Assembly (NCBI RefSeq): GCF_037042905.1
Contig: NC_087246.1
Span: forward strand, 7,194,001 to 7,258,000
Source: Lytechinus pictus
Lineage: Eukaryota
Direction: 5' to 3'
Length of the DNA: 64,000 nt
The notes beneath the pieces are model-generated. The model did not search any database, was not told the DNA's origin, and saw nothing but the letters and a program-made list of their open reading frames with translations. Every line of letters begins with the position of its first letter. Within the stretch, counting starts at the first letter, position 1. Positions 1-46,807 of the stretch are shown here, piece after piece. Both the position numbers and the translations under genes were made by a program.

Positions 1-78
1 TATCGTCTAAAAGATGGATACTCAAATGGTCTGTGTATGTTTACTCTTGGTTTATTGGTAATCTTCTATGAATCTATA

Positions 79-310
79 GGTGGTTTCAAACCGCCTGATC
101 ACAAGAATTCCTGTAAAATTAAACAAAATACCTGTGAACTTATTTCGTATTATTGACAAGTACCTACCATTTAGCGGGTGTTTTCATTCGGGGTTGTTAT
201 GCGTAATTTGCTTCACACTGCCAGAATTACCTGGTATTTTCTGATCAGGGCAATTTTCTCGATCAGAAAATACCTGGAACTGACAAACTTAGAGGCGGCC
301 TGAAACCACC
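79..310. mobile_element. MITE, PIF/Harbinger-like
   Basis: Terminal inverted repeats ggtggtttcaaaccgcct ... aggcggcctgaaaccacc. Confidence 0.65.
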
Positions 311-654
311 TTATTTTTCTGGTATTTAAAAGCAGATTTTAGTTTTGTGAAGATTCAGTATTGAATTCTTCAAATAAAGATACAAATATGCAGGCCTCTA
401 CAAATTTTTTTCTTCGTCACATAGAAAAAACTGCTTGCCCTATATTTGTTTTATAATTGTTTTTTATTATGACGGCACTACTCTTATTTTTAAAGTTCAT
501 ACAAAATAGCAATTGAGAATCATGTACAGTATAAAAGAACACAAATTTAAAAGTTTATTTTCAGCAACGTAGGCACGAATCATTACGTTTATTTTGAATT
601 TTTTTCCCGCTATTTATAAATGGGGCTTAATTTAAGGTTTAAAAAAAAACCTTC

Positions 655-2150
655 ACCAAAAGTTGCTAAAATTTCATATTTTGCATCTTTAAATCCACGA
701 AATGGTTATCTGTTTGTCATATTTCCTTAGAATTGTTTTGATTTAGTTGGAAACTATAAAGAAAGCCAGTGTAAAATATTCAGCTCTTTATTGACTCTGA
801 AAAAGATTGTTTTATGATGTTAAAAAAAAAAAAATCAAAAGTGGAGTGGCTAAAATTTCACATTTTGCGTCTTTAAATCCATTTAGTCATTTTTCCGTAT
901 TTCCTTGATTTTTTTATATAATTAGTTGGAAACTATCAAGAAAATGAAGAACATGAATCACCTCTCTCTTGTCTTTTCTTCATCATTTTATGATGGTACA
1001 CTCTGTCAATATTTTTTTTTGTAGTCCCGCATGTAGACTTTCATGGTTTTTTTTTCATGGTGTTGCAGCATTGATCGTTGATCGTACCGTTTGATCGTTT
1101 TACACTTGGTCAACATGACAGTCTACATGTGGGACCACAATAATAAAAAAAATTTACAGAGTGTAACATCATCATAAATCAGAGTAAAGAAAGAGAGTAA
1201 AAAAAGAGCTGAATATTCTTCATTTTTGTCTCGCCTGCATAGCAGAGCGAGACTATAGGCGCCGCTTTTCCGACGGCGACGGCGGCGGCGTCAACATCAA
1301 ATCTTAACCTAAGGTTAAGTTTTTGAAATGACATCATAACTTAGAAAGTATATGGACCTAGTTCATGAAACTTGGGCATAAGGTTTATCAAGTATTAGTG
1401 AACATCCTGCTCGAGTTTCAGGTCACGTGACCAAGGTCAAAGGTCACTTAGGGTCAATGAACTTTGGTCAAGTTGGGGATATTTGTTGAATTACCATCAT
1501 AACTTTGAAAATGTATGGATCTAGTTCATGAAACTTGGACATTAGGTTAATCAAGTACCACTGAATATCCTGTGTGAGTTTCAGGTCACATGACCATGGT
1601 CAATGGTCATTTAAGGTCAAAGAACTTTGGCCGTGTTGGGGTATTTGTTAAATTACCATCCTAACTCTGAAAGTTTATGGATCTAGTTCATAAAACTTGG
1701 ACATAAGAGTAATCAAGCATCACTGAACATCCCCTGTGAGTTTCAGGTCACAAAACCAAGTCAAAGGTCAGTTAAGGTCAATAAACTTAATCCATGTTGG
1801 GGTAATTGTTGAATTGCCATCATAACTTTGAAAGTTTATGGATAGAGTGAATGAAATGTGGACATGGGTGTAGTTGACAGTCTTAAGTCTCCGTTCAAAT
1901 GTCATTTATGGTCAATGAACGTGGTATTATATCATTATATGAATGGTGTTTTTGTGAATGATTATTTTATAGTAGTTTTCAAAGTTAGCACTGCTGCTAT
2001 ATTAAATTGCGTAATGCAGGCGAGACTGCCAGAGGCGTTCCACTTGTTTCAGTAGTTTCCAACTAAATCAAAACAATTTCAAGGTAATATGGAAAATAGA
2101 TGGCCATTTCATGGATTTTTGCAAAATGTGAAATTTTAGCCACTTTTGGT
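655..2150. mobile_element. Old foldback (long inverted repeat) element interrupted by a HINE-like insertion
   Basis: Arm ~700-790 (gatttagttggaaacta...aatattcagctctttt) pairs with 1201-1222 plus 2050-2110; central hairpin 997-1170; ends approximate. Confidence 0.6.
1223..2049 (+). mobile_element. Helentron-associated (HINE/DINE-like) non-autonomous element with ~180-bp internal tandem repeats
   Basis: T-rich ends, subterminal inverted repeats gtctcgcctgcat (1228-1240) and atgcaggcgagac (2014-2026), GGC microsatellite, ~3.5 internal repeats; second copy at 36701. Confidence 0.75.
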
Positions 2151-2803
2151 GTTTTTTATTTTTATTTTTTGGTGTGCATCGGCAAATTGCTCAAGTAGCG
2201 CATGCCAGTCATTGCACACATAGAACGTAAGATGCGATGGCACAGTTTTTCGAACGAGGTACCTGGCGATAAATTATTGGTAATTGGCGCTGATTTTACA
2301 TCAGTTTCCACTTTTTTTTACTGGTTTGACATAATCTGAGAGATAGTTGTGATTATCCAAAAGATATGTTAATTTAGAGGGTCTGCTGATATTTTATTTC
2401 CGAAACAACCACTTGCCCGATCAGGCAATTGACTTTGAGAAATGCTTGCCCGCACGTCATTTTCACTTGCCCCGGGCAAGCGGGTTTGTCGCGCCCTGCT
2501 TATATGTAATCAATAGTATAAAGAAAAGTGCCCTATATCCACACATGTGCAAATCCAAATTTTCACAAAGATTCAGTGTGTGAAAAAATGCAATTGCAAC
2601 TTTTCTTTCCTATTATTGTTAGGTGATAATCAAATGTTGGATGTTCTTGAGTTGTACATATATGTTATATTTATCAGTATGAATATTGCACAGGTCGAAG
2701 ATTAGTACAGAATATCATGATACTTTCAAGGACAATAAAACACAAAACAAAAATCAGTTTTCTTGTTGAAATGTGACATGTAGCTCTTTATGACGTCATA
2801 TCG

Positions 2804-3415
2804 CAGTGATTTTACAAACTGGCTCAAACCTCGGCTGGTCTCCAAAACATGATTTCAAGATAATCGCACTCAAAGTTTGAATGTTTTTCAGACCCTTATA
2901 ACTTCACGCTTTGAAAGAAACCAGATAAATTATTTATACCAATTTAAAGCATACATCGTATTCTTTTGTAAAATACAAAATTTTGTCCACAATTTTTACC
3001 AAAAACAGGGGGTTTGAGCCAGTTCATAAAATCATGCGCACCATGTGATCTGTTTTTGGGCGGCACAAACCACTGTATCGTAAAATCATTCATGCCATGT
3101 GCATGTTTTTTTAGAGGCACAAACCCTGGACAAAGCACATACGCACCGCATATTGCGCCGCATCTAGGTCAGGTCTTTGACCTGTGCGCGCTATTCCAGA
3201 GACTTTATACACAAAGAATGGTTTGAGCCAGTTTGTAAGATCAAAGGTGGGGTTCGTAAAAATATTAAATATGCCCTTATTTTTTAAATAATACAAATTT
3301 CGATCTGAAATTTGACAAATCAATAGAGTAAATCACAAGCTTTCAGAATATGCAAACAAATAAATTTTGAAAATTTGACCGAAAATTAGGCTTGAGCCAG
3401 TTCTTAAAATCACTG
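2804..3415. mobile_element. Non-autonomous TIR element
   Basis: cagtgattttacaaactggctcaa ... ttgagccagttcttaaaatcactg; internal copies of ggtttgagccagtt. Confidence 0.7.
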
Positions 3416-5310
3416 ACGATGTGGTACCTTGCGCATGGCATTGCATTATGCATAATACCTACTTTGCGCATTTCAGTTGGATTATTGCCTTTCCGAGTTG
3501 AATATTGTTTGCACTCTTTTGGTCTATTGATAGGATAATGTAAAATACATTGGACTGGTAATATACCATGCATCCTTGCAAGCAAACATCCAGAAGGATA
3601 AATAATACAAGGTTATATTGAAATGAAAAGTAGCTTGTATGTGTAGTAATTCAGCTTTTAAAGGAGATTCTATTTAATTAAATGATAATAATAATACTAA
3701 TAAGAAGAATAATAGTAATAATGATGATGGTGATGATGATGGTAATGATGATATTAATAATGGTAATGATCATGTATGATATTAATAATACGCAACATCT
3801 ATGTAGCACTTTATACAAAAGCAAAGCATATCCCTGTGATTGTACAGTTTTTTTTTCTTTGCCACTTGTTGGTTGATTCCAATGAAGTCAGACTGAATGC
3901 TAGTAGAATGCTATGAGCCACATAGCATCTGCCGTCCATGTAATAAAGGATGAAGGCCTCTTTCACCAAGATTCCATTAGAACCTGCTATGACCCCTCTG
4001 CTAATATTTATGCTGCCACTTTTTCCCTCTCTCTCGCTTTCTCTTCCTATCTCTAGTCTCGAGGTGCTTTCAGACACAAGTGAATAAAACATACCATGTA
4101 TTAAATACCAGGTATTCACTTGTGATATAAAAACAGGCTGTCAGGAAATCATCTTCCCCAATCAGAAAACACATTGTTTTTTTGCGAGTGCAAAAAAAAA
4201 AAAAAATTGTAATATCCTCTAAAGTTGAAAAAAAAAATACATGTAAGGGCAGGGCGTCCATACGTGGACTGATGGAGGGACTTAAAAAATCACTAGACTG
4301 TTTGCAGGGATTTTTCAAGGGTGTGGGTATTCTCGCAGTATGAATGCAATCTACAAGAACTTTCCAATGCTTGGCCGAAGAACTTAGCCCCCCCCCCAAA
4401 AAAAAAAGTATTTCAGGTGTGTATAAATGCGGGGAAATTATTGTCTGGTATTTTGAGACCTGTCTGAACAGTTTCTTATAATTTTACTGGTATATTGGTG
4501 AATGAGTGGGTCTGAAATTACCTTCTCATATTTTGCTCCTAGTTGTCATATCAGCGTATTGGGGTTATTTCGCTTCAGTTAAGATAAACTGTATGTGATG
4601 ACAGAAGGATGGATAGACAGAAGTATAGAAACAGAGAGACAGAGAGATAGAGAGAGCAAGAGAAAATGAGAATAAAAAAAAATAGACATTGAATATTTCA
4701 CATAGAGATGAGAATACGGTGCTGCTCTGTTTTATGCAACAATAGTGAATATGATTGATGTGTAAATGTATATTGTAAACAGTTATTTGTGTTTCAGATC
4801 AATACATTATTTTGAAATCATAAAAAATTAATATTTAAGTCATTATAATGAGATTAGTTTTTATATTTGAGTTCATTCTTTCTCTAGGAGCTTTAGAGGG
4901 AACAGAACTTTCAAAAAACTATTTCCTCCCTTATTTTTAAAATATTATTTCAAATGTTTGTTTAAGGCTGTTCGCTTGTTTCATTTTTTTTTTTTTGGGG
5001 GGGGGGGGTGTGTGTCTTGTAGGGTATTCTAAATATTAAATGATAAAATCTTATAATATGATCTTGATATGATGGAAGTTGTTGCCATTTTACCTATTTT
5101 CATTTTCTACTATTTTTCATAATGTTAATATTGATGAATATTACAGAATAAGGCTGGTATAAATTGTGCATGGGAACTGGTCTTTAAGTAAGATCATCTA
5201 TAGTGTATTCCATGGCTCCAAATGATAAATTATGTACTGCTTGATTGATTTTAATCTAACAGCTTTTCAAACCATTCATCAATCTTTTCTTTTCTTGCTT
5301 CCTCCTATAG

Positions 5311-39906
<34,596 letters not shown>

Positions 39907-42900
39907 CCACACCCCAAACTCTACCCGTCCCAGTAACCCACCCTCCCTCCCTCACTCACCCTACCCATCACCATCATATACCACTACTTTAATCCACTGA
40001 TGCCTCAAGTCTCTCATTACCATAGGTGTTGATACATAAATTGCTTTGTTCTGGAGTGTTGTGGGTTAATTATGTCTCTTTGAATTCAGTTTTATGAGAT
40101 AGTTCTCCTACTGCCATTAAGCTATGATACATCAGCCAATAAATAAATCCTTCCGCAATAAGAAAGCCCTCTACTCTTCTCTATCCATAGTTTTAAGATA
40201 AGATTGATATTGGTGTGACCCGAAACCCTTTTTCCCTGGTCTTCTTGATATTGAAATATTTCTTAGTCTCCTCTGGACTCTCAGAGGTTGGTACAGATTT
40301 CTTTTTTGGAGACGACTCTAAACTTTATCAGAGATTTTTACATGTGACTAGGTGATTTTCTCTCAGTGCTAAATTTCATAATCATATTGTAAGCTGATGA
40401 TGCTAGTCTTGTTAAACAAAATAACTAAAATGCATGCAATGACTAATAATTAACACCTGCCTAATTATTCATTTTTATTTAATGACATTGCTCTTCAGAT
40501 CAATATACTAATCCTTTTCTCACTATTACCCTAAACTAATCCAGGTTAGGAGTAGGATTCCTTTTCTAACCCAATCCAATGATCATATATTTCTTGTAAG
40601 TTTTGAGCAGAATCAGGCAGCCTGAACTGACAGATATTTTATCTTGATTCTCTGTAGTTGCTAAATTTGAAATTAAAAGTTTGAAGTCTGTATTGTTTCT
40701 GAAATGTGGCAAAGATGGAAGTGACAAGCTGAGAGAAACTCTTTATTACCTTGAATTTGGTTTAGATACAAGCTTCTCATCAAGGTTCATGTGATGTGAA
40801 TGATCCATAACACTCCAGATTCTATTCAATTGGAAAATTGAAATAACAACCCTGATTGGTTACTATTTTTATGACCAAATGCTCATAGTATGATGATGAT
40901 TATTGGTCTTTAGCACCTTGTAATTGATTGCAAATCCATCCATTACAGATCTATGTTGCAGCTCTTCAGGATTTTGTTGAATTATTAACAAAATATGAGA
41001 TGTGCATGATAATCGTTACAAAACAATTTGGGACCCACTGGCAAGATAATATTTACATGTTATGGAGGGGGAAAGGTAGTTTAGAAACCATTTTTAAAAA
41101 CAAAAATGGGAATGTTCTTTTGATTATGTGTGAGAAACCCAAGAGCTTAAAAATGGACAAGGATAAAGAAAACAATATTTGCTGAGCCTATAATGAGAAC
41201 TATAGTTGCCTTTGTATAAAGAAAATATAATTATTTAGTGCAGTATTAGTTCTATTGTTGTGTGTTTAATAATAATGGACTGAGTTTCTTTCTATTTATG
41301 ATGCAGAGGGACATTGCATATTCTGGGAGTGAATGTTTAGGATAAATTTATTGGACTAGATTTTTTTCCCCCAAGAATTGAAAAAGTCATGATAATGGAG
41401 TCTTGTGGCTAAACCGATAGTATTTAGGACTATGATCTTACAGTCGATGTAGGTAGTTTAGTGTGTAGACAGTTGTGATCAATACAATATACTAACAGAC
41501 ATGATTAAATGACTACTCATATGCTCTGATAGTCAAGAGATTTTTCAATATATTCTTGATACTTGAGAAATTTGCAAGTAGATTCCTATGAAATTTAGCC
41601 ACAAATTGACATTATGCATCATACTTCAGTAATGAGGAACCTTTATGAGAACTTAGTTTTTAATGTTTTATTCATGTAGAGGAAGGGTTTGCTTGCAGTT
41701 TGATTTCAGATATCTAGTCAACAGTATGGATTGTATTTCTTATCATTTTAGCATATTTTGATTTTAGTTTTCTATCAATCATAGTCAATTTGCGTAAAGC
41801 AATTGCATTTTTTGTGTGAATATTAAGAATATGTAAAGTGAACTTATTACAAAAAATATCAATCATTTTGGTATTTCTTACAGTCTTGACGTAGAGATGC
41901 ATAGTGTGTGTAATATGAGAGGAAAAAATGTCAATAACCTCATTGTTTGTACACGCAGAATTATTATCAGTGTGCTACTTATGAGGAAACAAATCAATAT
42001 GAATATGCATTTGTTCACGGGAAGACGCCGGTAGTCAAGTCATAAAATTTATTTGCATTAAATGACAACGATTGCAAATCGTGCTGTGCACAATATATAT
42101 ATATATAAAATATAATACTTTTCATCAATGCCTGATGTAGATGTATAGTTGAGGAAAATGAAGATTGTTTTCAATGGTGCATGGCTTTGTACAATGAAAC
42201 AGCATGTAATGTTTATAAACCAAGAAGAGAAGAATGTATGTTATTAATTAGAATGTGTTCGTTAGAGATCACAGATTTGTAATGATACAAATATTGAGTA
42301 TTTATCACCTAAAAATATGAATGGATAATTACTTGTAAAGAAAGAGAAATCACACACAAAAAAAGAGAAAAATGAATGTTTTTTATAGAGATGTAACCAC
42401 TAACTTGTGTGCATATTTTCTTTTGTTTTTTGTTTACATAAATCATACTTACAAGGTTTGAATTGAAGATAAAGACAACGTAGGTATCGAATAAATATTT
42501 GTGGAGGTCTTATTACCTCTCTTGCTTTGTATACTACAAATTTGCACTTTTGAAAATTTCATGTTGGAAATTGTAAATGAGAGCGCACAGTTCTATCACA
42601 TATGTCTGTAGTTTGTTGAATAATAATAATGATAGTATACAAACCAACTTCTGAAAGATATGATGAATTGTTTGAATAATTCCTGTATATGTGCACCCAA
42701 GCCAGCTTAACGTATGTCTAGTGGTCACTTTTTTCTTTAAAGAGGCCTCTTCTATTATTCCCTCTATTTCTCTCCTCATATCTCTCACTTAAGAACCTTT
42801 TTAATGGAAGATTATTTATAAGTAAGTCAAGGAAACAAAATAAAACAAACCAAAATATTTTTTTAAGGATATGATTATGGTTGTTACCTTTGGACAAATG

Positions 42901-45095
42901 CTTAGTGTGCCAACAACTTTAGGGCCGTTAAGAAGAAATATGGCTGTATTAAAGAAAGTGCAAATTCTCTGCTAGGCTGTTTCATTTTTTTATAGGTATC
43001 TTAGACCTTTAGTTCATAGGCACATGTTTTTATATGTATTAAAAATGTTTTGCTAGGCACCTATATTTGCTACAAAATTTTTAGCTAGAGAAACATGAAC
43101 ATGTCTTTGAATTGTAATGTAATTGATGTGAACTGTGGAGAAAAAAAATTAAAAGAAAAAAAATCAGAAGCAAATTATGTGAAGTTAAAAAATTATTTCC
43201 TATTGCTTATGTAGCACAACTATTGTCTTAACTTCTGGTTATGTCTCTGTTATTGTTTCTTTTTTAATATGTATATTATAAGGGAACTTTCTGAGATCTT
43301 ATGTTCTTTGTGTACAATACTTCTTAATGTTGTGGTTTATTTTGCAGCTATAGGGTTTATAAGATCTGATTAACCTTTTAGTTTTGGTTTGAATAGTTAC
43401 CAACCATTTGTCCCTTTTCTTTCTTAATAAAGGCAATGTGTACCCATGGAGCTGTGGTTTCACAATGATTCTTGGAATAACATATTTCTTGCTTCTTTTT
43501 TAAGGGGGGGGGGTATTCTACTTGCAAGGGAGACTGTAGGTGCAGTATGTTAGCAATTTCAGTTTCATATAATAATAAAATCATCCAATATATACGTATT
43601 TCCAGGAGAGCAGATTTGACAAGTCTATTCGCTGTTATATATGGGATGCAAATGTTATAGTGTGTTGAATGCAAATACTCACTATCCAATTTCAAATATC
43701 AATTGGATGGTCTGATGATATTGCTTTTTATGAATTTTCTTGAAACTATGGATTCAATAGAGATAATTGAATGGCAATTCACGAGTCATATCAAACATGT
43801 TTAGACAAATTGCAGCAAGGAATGTATTTACCATTTAGTCATGACAACACTGAAATACATGACACCTGTGGATTAAGATGGATTAAAAATATCTGCCAAG
43901 TTTTATATTGTGTGTTTCTGATGCAAGCCCCCTAAAGCCATAATCAAATCACGCACTGGGAAGCCCCTCTTGCTGCGTGAGAGGGTGTATACAGCAATGC
44001 ATTCTGGGTAACTTTCCATTGTTATATTGTTTATCTGTGATTTCAGTGGTTGTTACAGTTTGTGGTATACTATTCTTTCTCCATCTTTTTCCATTTGATG
44101 TATGTTGTCCTTTTGTTTCTTTTGAAAGATTTATCAGTGTCCCTGGTGACCCCATTTGATTATTTTATTTCATCCGCAATTCAGTGTTTAATATGACAAA
44201 AGCAAGAGGAAAGATGGACGACTTCCATTATCTTGTTACAAATACAATATTTTGAAACTTTTGATAAATGTTATGTAATATCTGCTACAAAGGAGGCAGG
44301 TGATTTTATGAAGTGAAATTTGCAAAAAAAAAAATCAGAGCTAATCAAAATGGAAAAAAAAAAGGAAATAAATAAACTGTCAAGTTCTGGATTATGAAAA
44401 ATGGATAAGTTTTAAAATGGGGAAGCCTTTTAATTTCAAGCAATATTCTTTAAATAATTTGAAATTTGCTTTTATTTTTCAGGGGGAAAATGTGACCTAT
44501 TTCCAACAGATATAGAATACAGTAAAACTCTAAAAACTAGAACTACATTGTTGAACTGTAGACAATAAAATGTGAAAATTCAGAGAAAAAAAATCATTTT
44601 AGTAATCTGGGTAATTGTTGGATTTTATTAGAAAAAAGCTATAGAGTTAAAAGTTATAGTGTATTGTTGTATTTGTTTTCTTGTTTTGTCTCTGTGCTGC
44701 ATTTTGGTGATAATTTTGAATATTGGTTCATCATGATTTTCACATAGTTTTTTGCTCTGATTTCAGATGCCATGCAACCATAATTTTTTTTTCAATTATG
44801 TATCAAGTTATTTTGATTTTATTCAGTTCATATAACCAATATTGAGGTAAATCTAAGGCAGGTTATGATTTGAATTTAATACTGTAAATTACAGTGATGC
44901 ATAGCTCAGTGTTTACATGATTCAGTCAGATTAACATTTTCAATATTCTACTCTTAATCTGTCTCTCTAACCTTTAAATGTACTTTTCCCCTTTGCTCCT
45001 GTTGCAACTTGTCTCATATGAATCTTTATTAAGATTGTATAATTGTTGTGCTACATTTGTTTTCCTTCCTTTTCACTTTATTATATCATATATTA

Positions 45096-45240
45096 TAGAA
45101 TAAAATAGAATAGAATAGAGTAGAATTGGTTTATTAATAAGCAAATATCAATTGTGGCTAGAATGTCAAATTGCGATTGATGATATTAGTATGATAGTAT
45201 CAAAATACATAAAAATACAGTGCAAATAAAGCTGACTACT
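45096..45240 (-). mobile_element. Possible reverse-oriented LINE 3' tail, (TTCTA)n after AATAAA
   Basis: (tagaa)n followed by tttatt on the + strand. Confidence 0.4.
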
Positions 45241-46548
45241 AGATACAGTATAGGTCATAGATTATGAAAACGTAATTAGATTTGCTGTGAAGTAGATCCT
45301 AGCATTGAGGATTTGTCATCTTTTTATTAGAAAAGTAAAAATTCCTTTCCTCGTTTAAAAATTTTGATGGCAATTGCCCAGTTATTTCTACCAAACTACT
45401 TCCAAATGGACTAAAAAGTTCTGAAATCTGAGTTTGATCAGTTATTTCTCCCTTCTATTAATATCAAGTGCATGCTTGGTATCTTTAAAAAGATTATTAT
45501 ATTTTCTTTAAAAATTGTAAAATGTCATATCTGAAAAGGGAATCATTTTCAAGATAATGAAATTATCCTGATGACACCAATCATGCATTGATTCATACCA
45601 ATCATTCAAAATCAGATTTTTGAGAAGTTAAGGTGAATTCTTGACTAAAAGCTGAAGAAGTAGAATCCTTGTTCTTTTAGTTATGTATTTTTAGTTGTTT
45701 CTGTCAGTGAAGTATTTCTTGTCCAGTGTCTATAGTGTGAAATATATGAATTGGTTTGGTCTCGTCTTTGATATTACAGGAAGCATGCTTAATACTGTTC
45801 TAAAAACGAAGTACATAAAAGGTCAATGGGAGGGGGGGGGGTGGTCTGTCAACTGTACACATTCAGTAATGATGTTCAATTCATATCAATTGTTTTTATT
45901 TGCTCTCTTTTAATTCTCAAGTTTTATAACAGTTCATATCCTGTGTATAAAATGAGCCATACCATCTGAATTATCAGTCTGAAAAAATCATTATGAAAGC
46001 ATCAATAGAAACTTCACAAAACTATCAATTTTCATCAATATATTTTCAATTATAAGATGTTTTGTTTACTCCTCTTTTCATCAAAAAAAAAAAGATTTCA
46101 CAATTTACCCTTATACAGTGAATAGTGTACCCTCTCCTGATGAAGAAGTATACAATGATAAATACTTATCAGTTTATGAAGGATTTCCCCTAAAATGAAT
46201 CAAGTTATTTGATTTTATTTGATGGTGGCATGTTTGTAATATGTATGCATGGATGTATAATTTTATTTTCTCATCTTTAATACTACATATATATGATGCA
46301 TGGTACATGTAGTATTAAATGGATTGTTATCTAACTAGAATAAATGTAGTTAAATCAAACTTTTTCATATTCAAACTAAGTAAAACTTTTGATTTTATAA
46401 TCAAACTAAATAAATCTTTTGATAGTTTAATGAATGTGATTTTTTCCCATTCATCAAGAAGGAAATGGTAGTATCTTGTAACATCAATTTTTACAGAAGC
46501 AACGTTTTTACTCTATTAAAAATGTTTTCTAAATCATATTACCCAATT

Positions 46549-46807
46549 CACTGGCGTATCCAGGGGGGGCAAAGCCGGCCCGTGCCCCTTTGAGAGGCAC
46601 AATTAAAATTTGTAATGTAAAAATGCCATTAAAACAGAAGTGTGCCCCCTTTTTGAAAGTGAAACCTTTTTTTTATTTTTTTTTGCTTGTCAAATTTTTT
46701 CGTGGACAAAATGTCCTTATTTTTGGTGGAAAACCCTATTTTTTTGCTTGTCAAATTTTCCCTCAAGAAAATGTGCCCCCCTTTGAAAAATCCTGGATCT
46801 GCCCCTG
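46549..46807. mobile_element. hAT-like MITE
   Basis: TIR cactggcgtatccagg / cctggatctgcccctg and perfect 8-bp TSD acccaatt (46541-46548, 46808-46815). Confidence 0.88.

Noticed and set aside
1..5310. Upstream GRK2/3 exons (N-terminus and earlier RH domain)
   Set aside because: No splice-bounded segment translating to the expected sequence was found by eye; they probably lie before the window.
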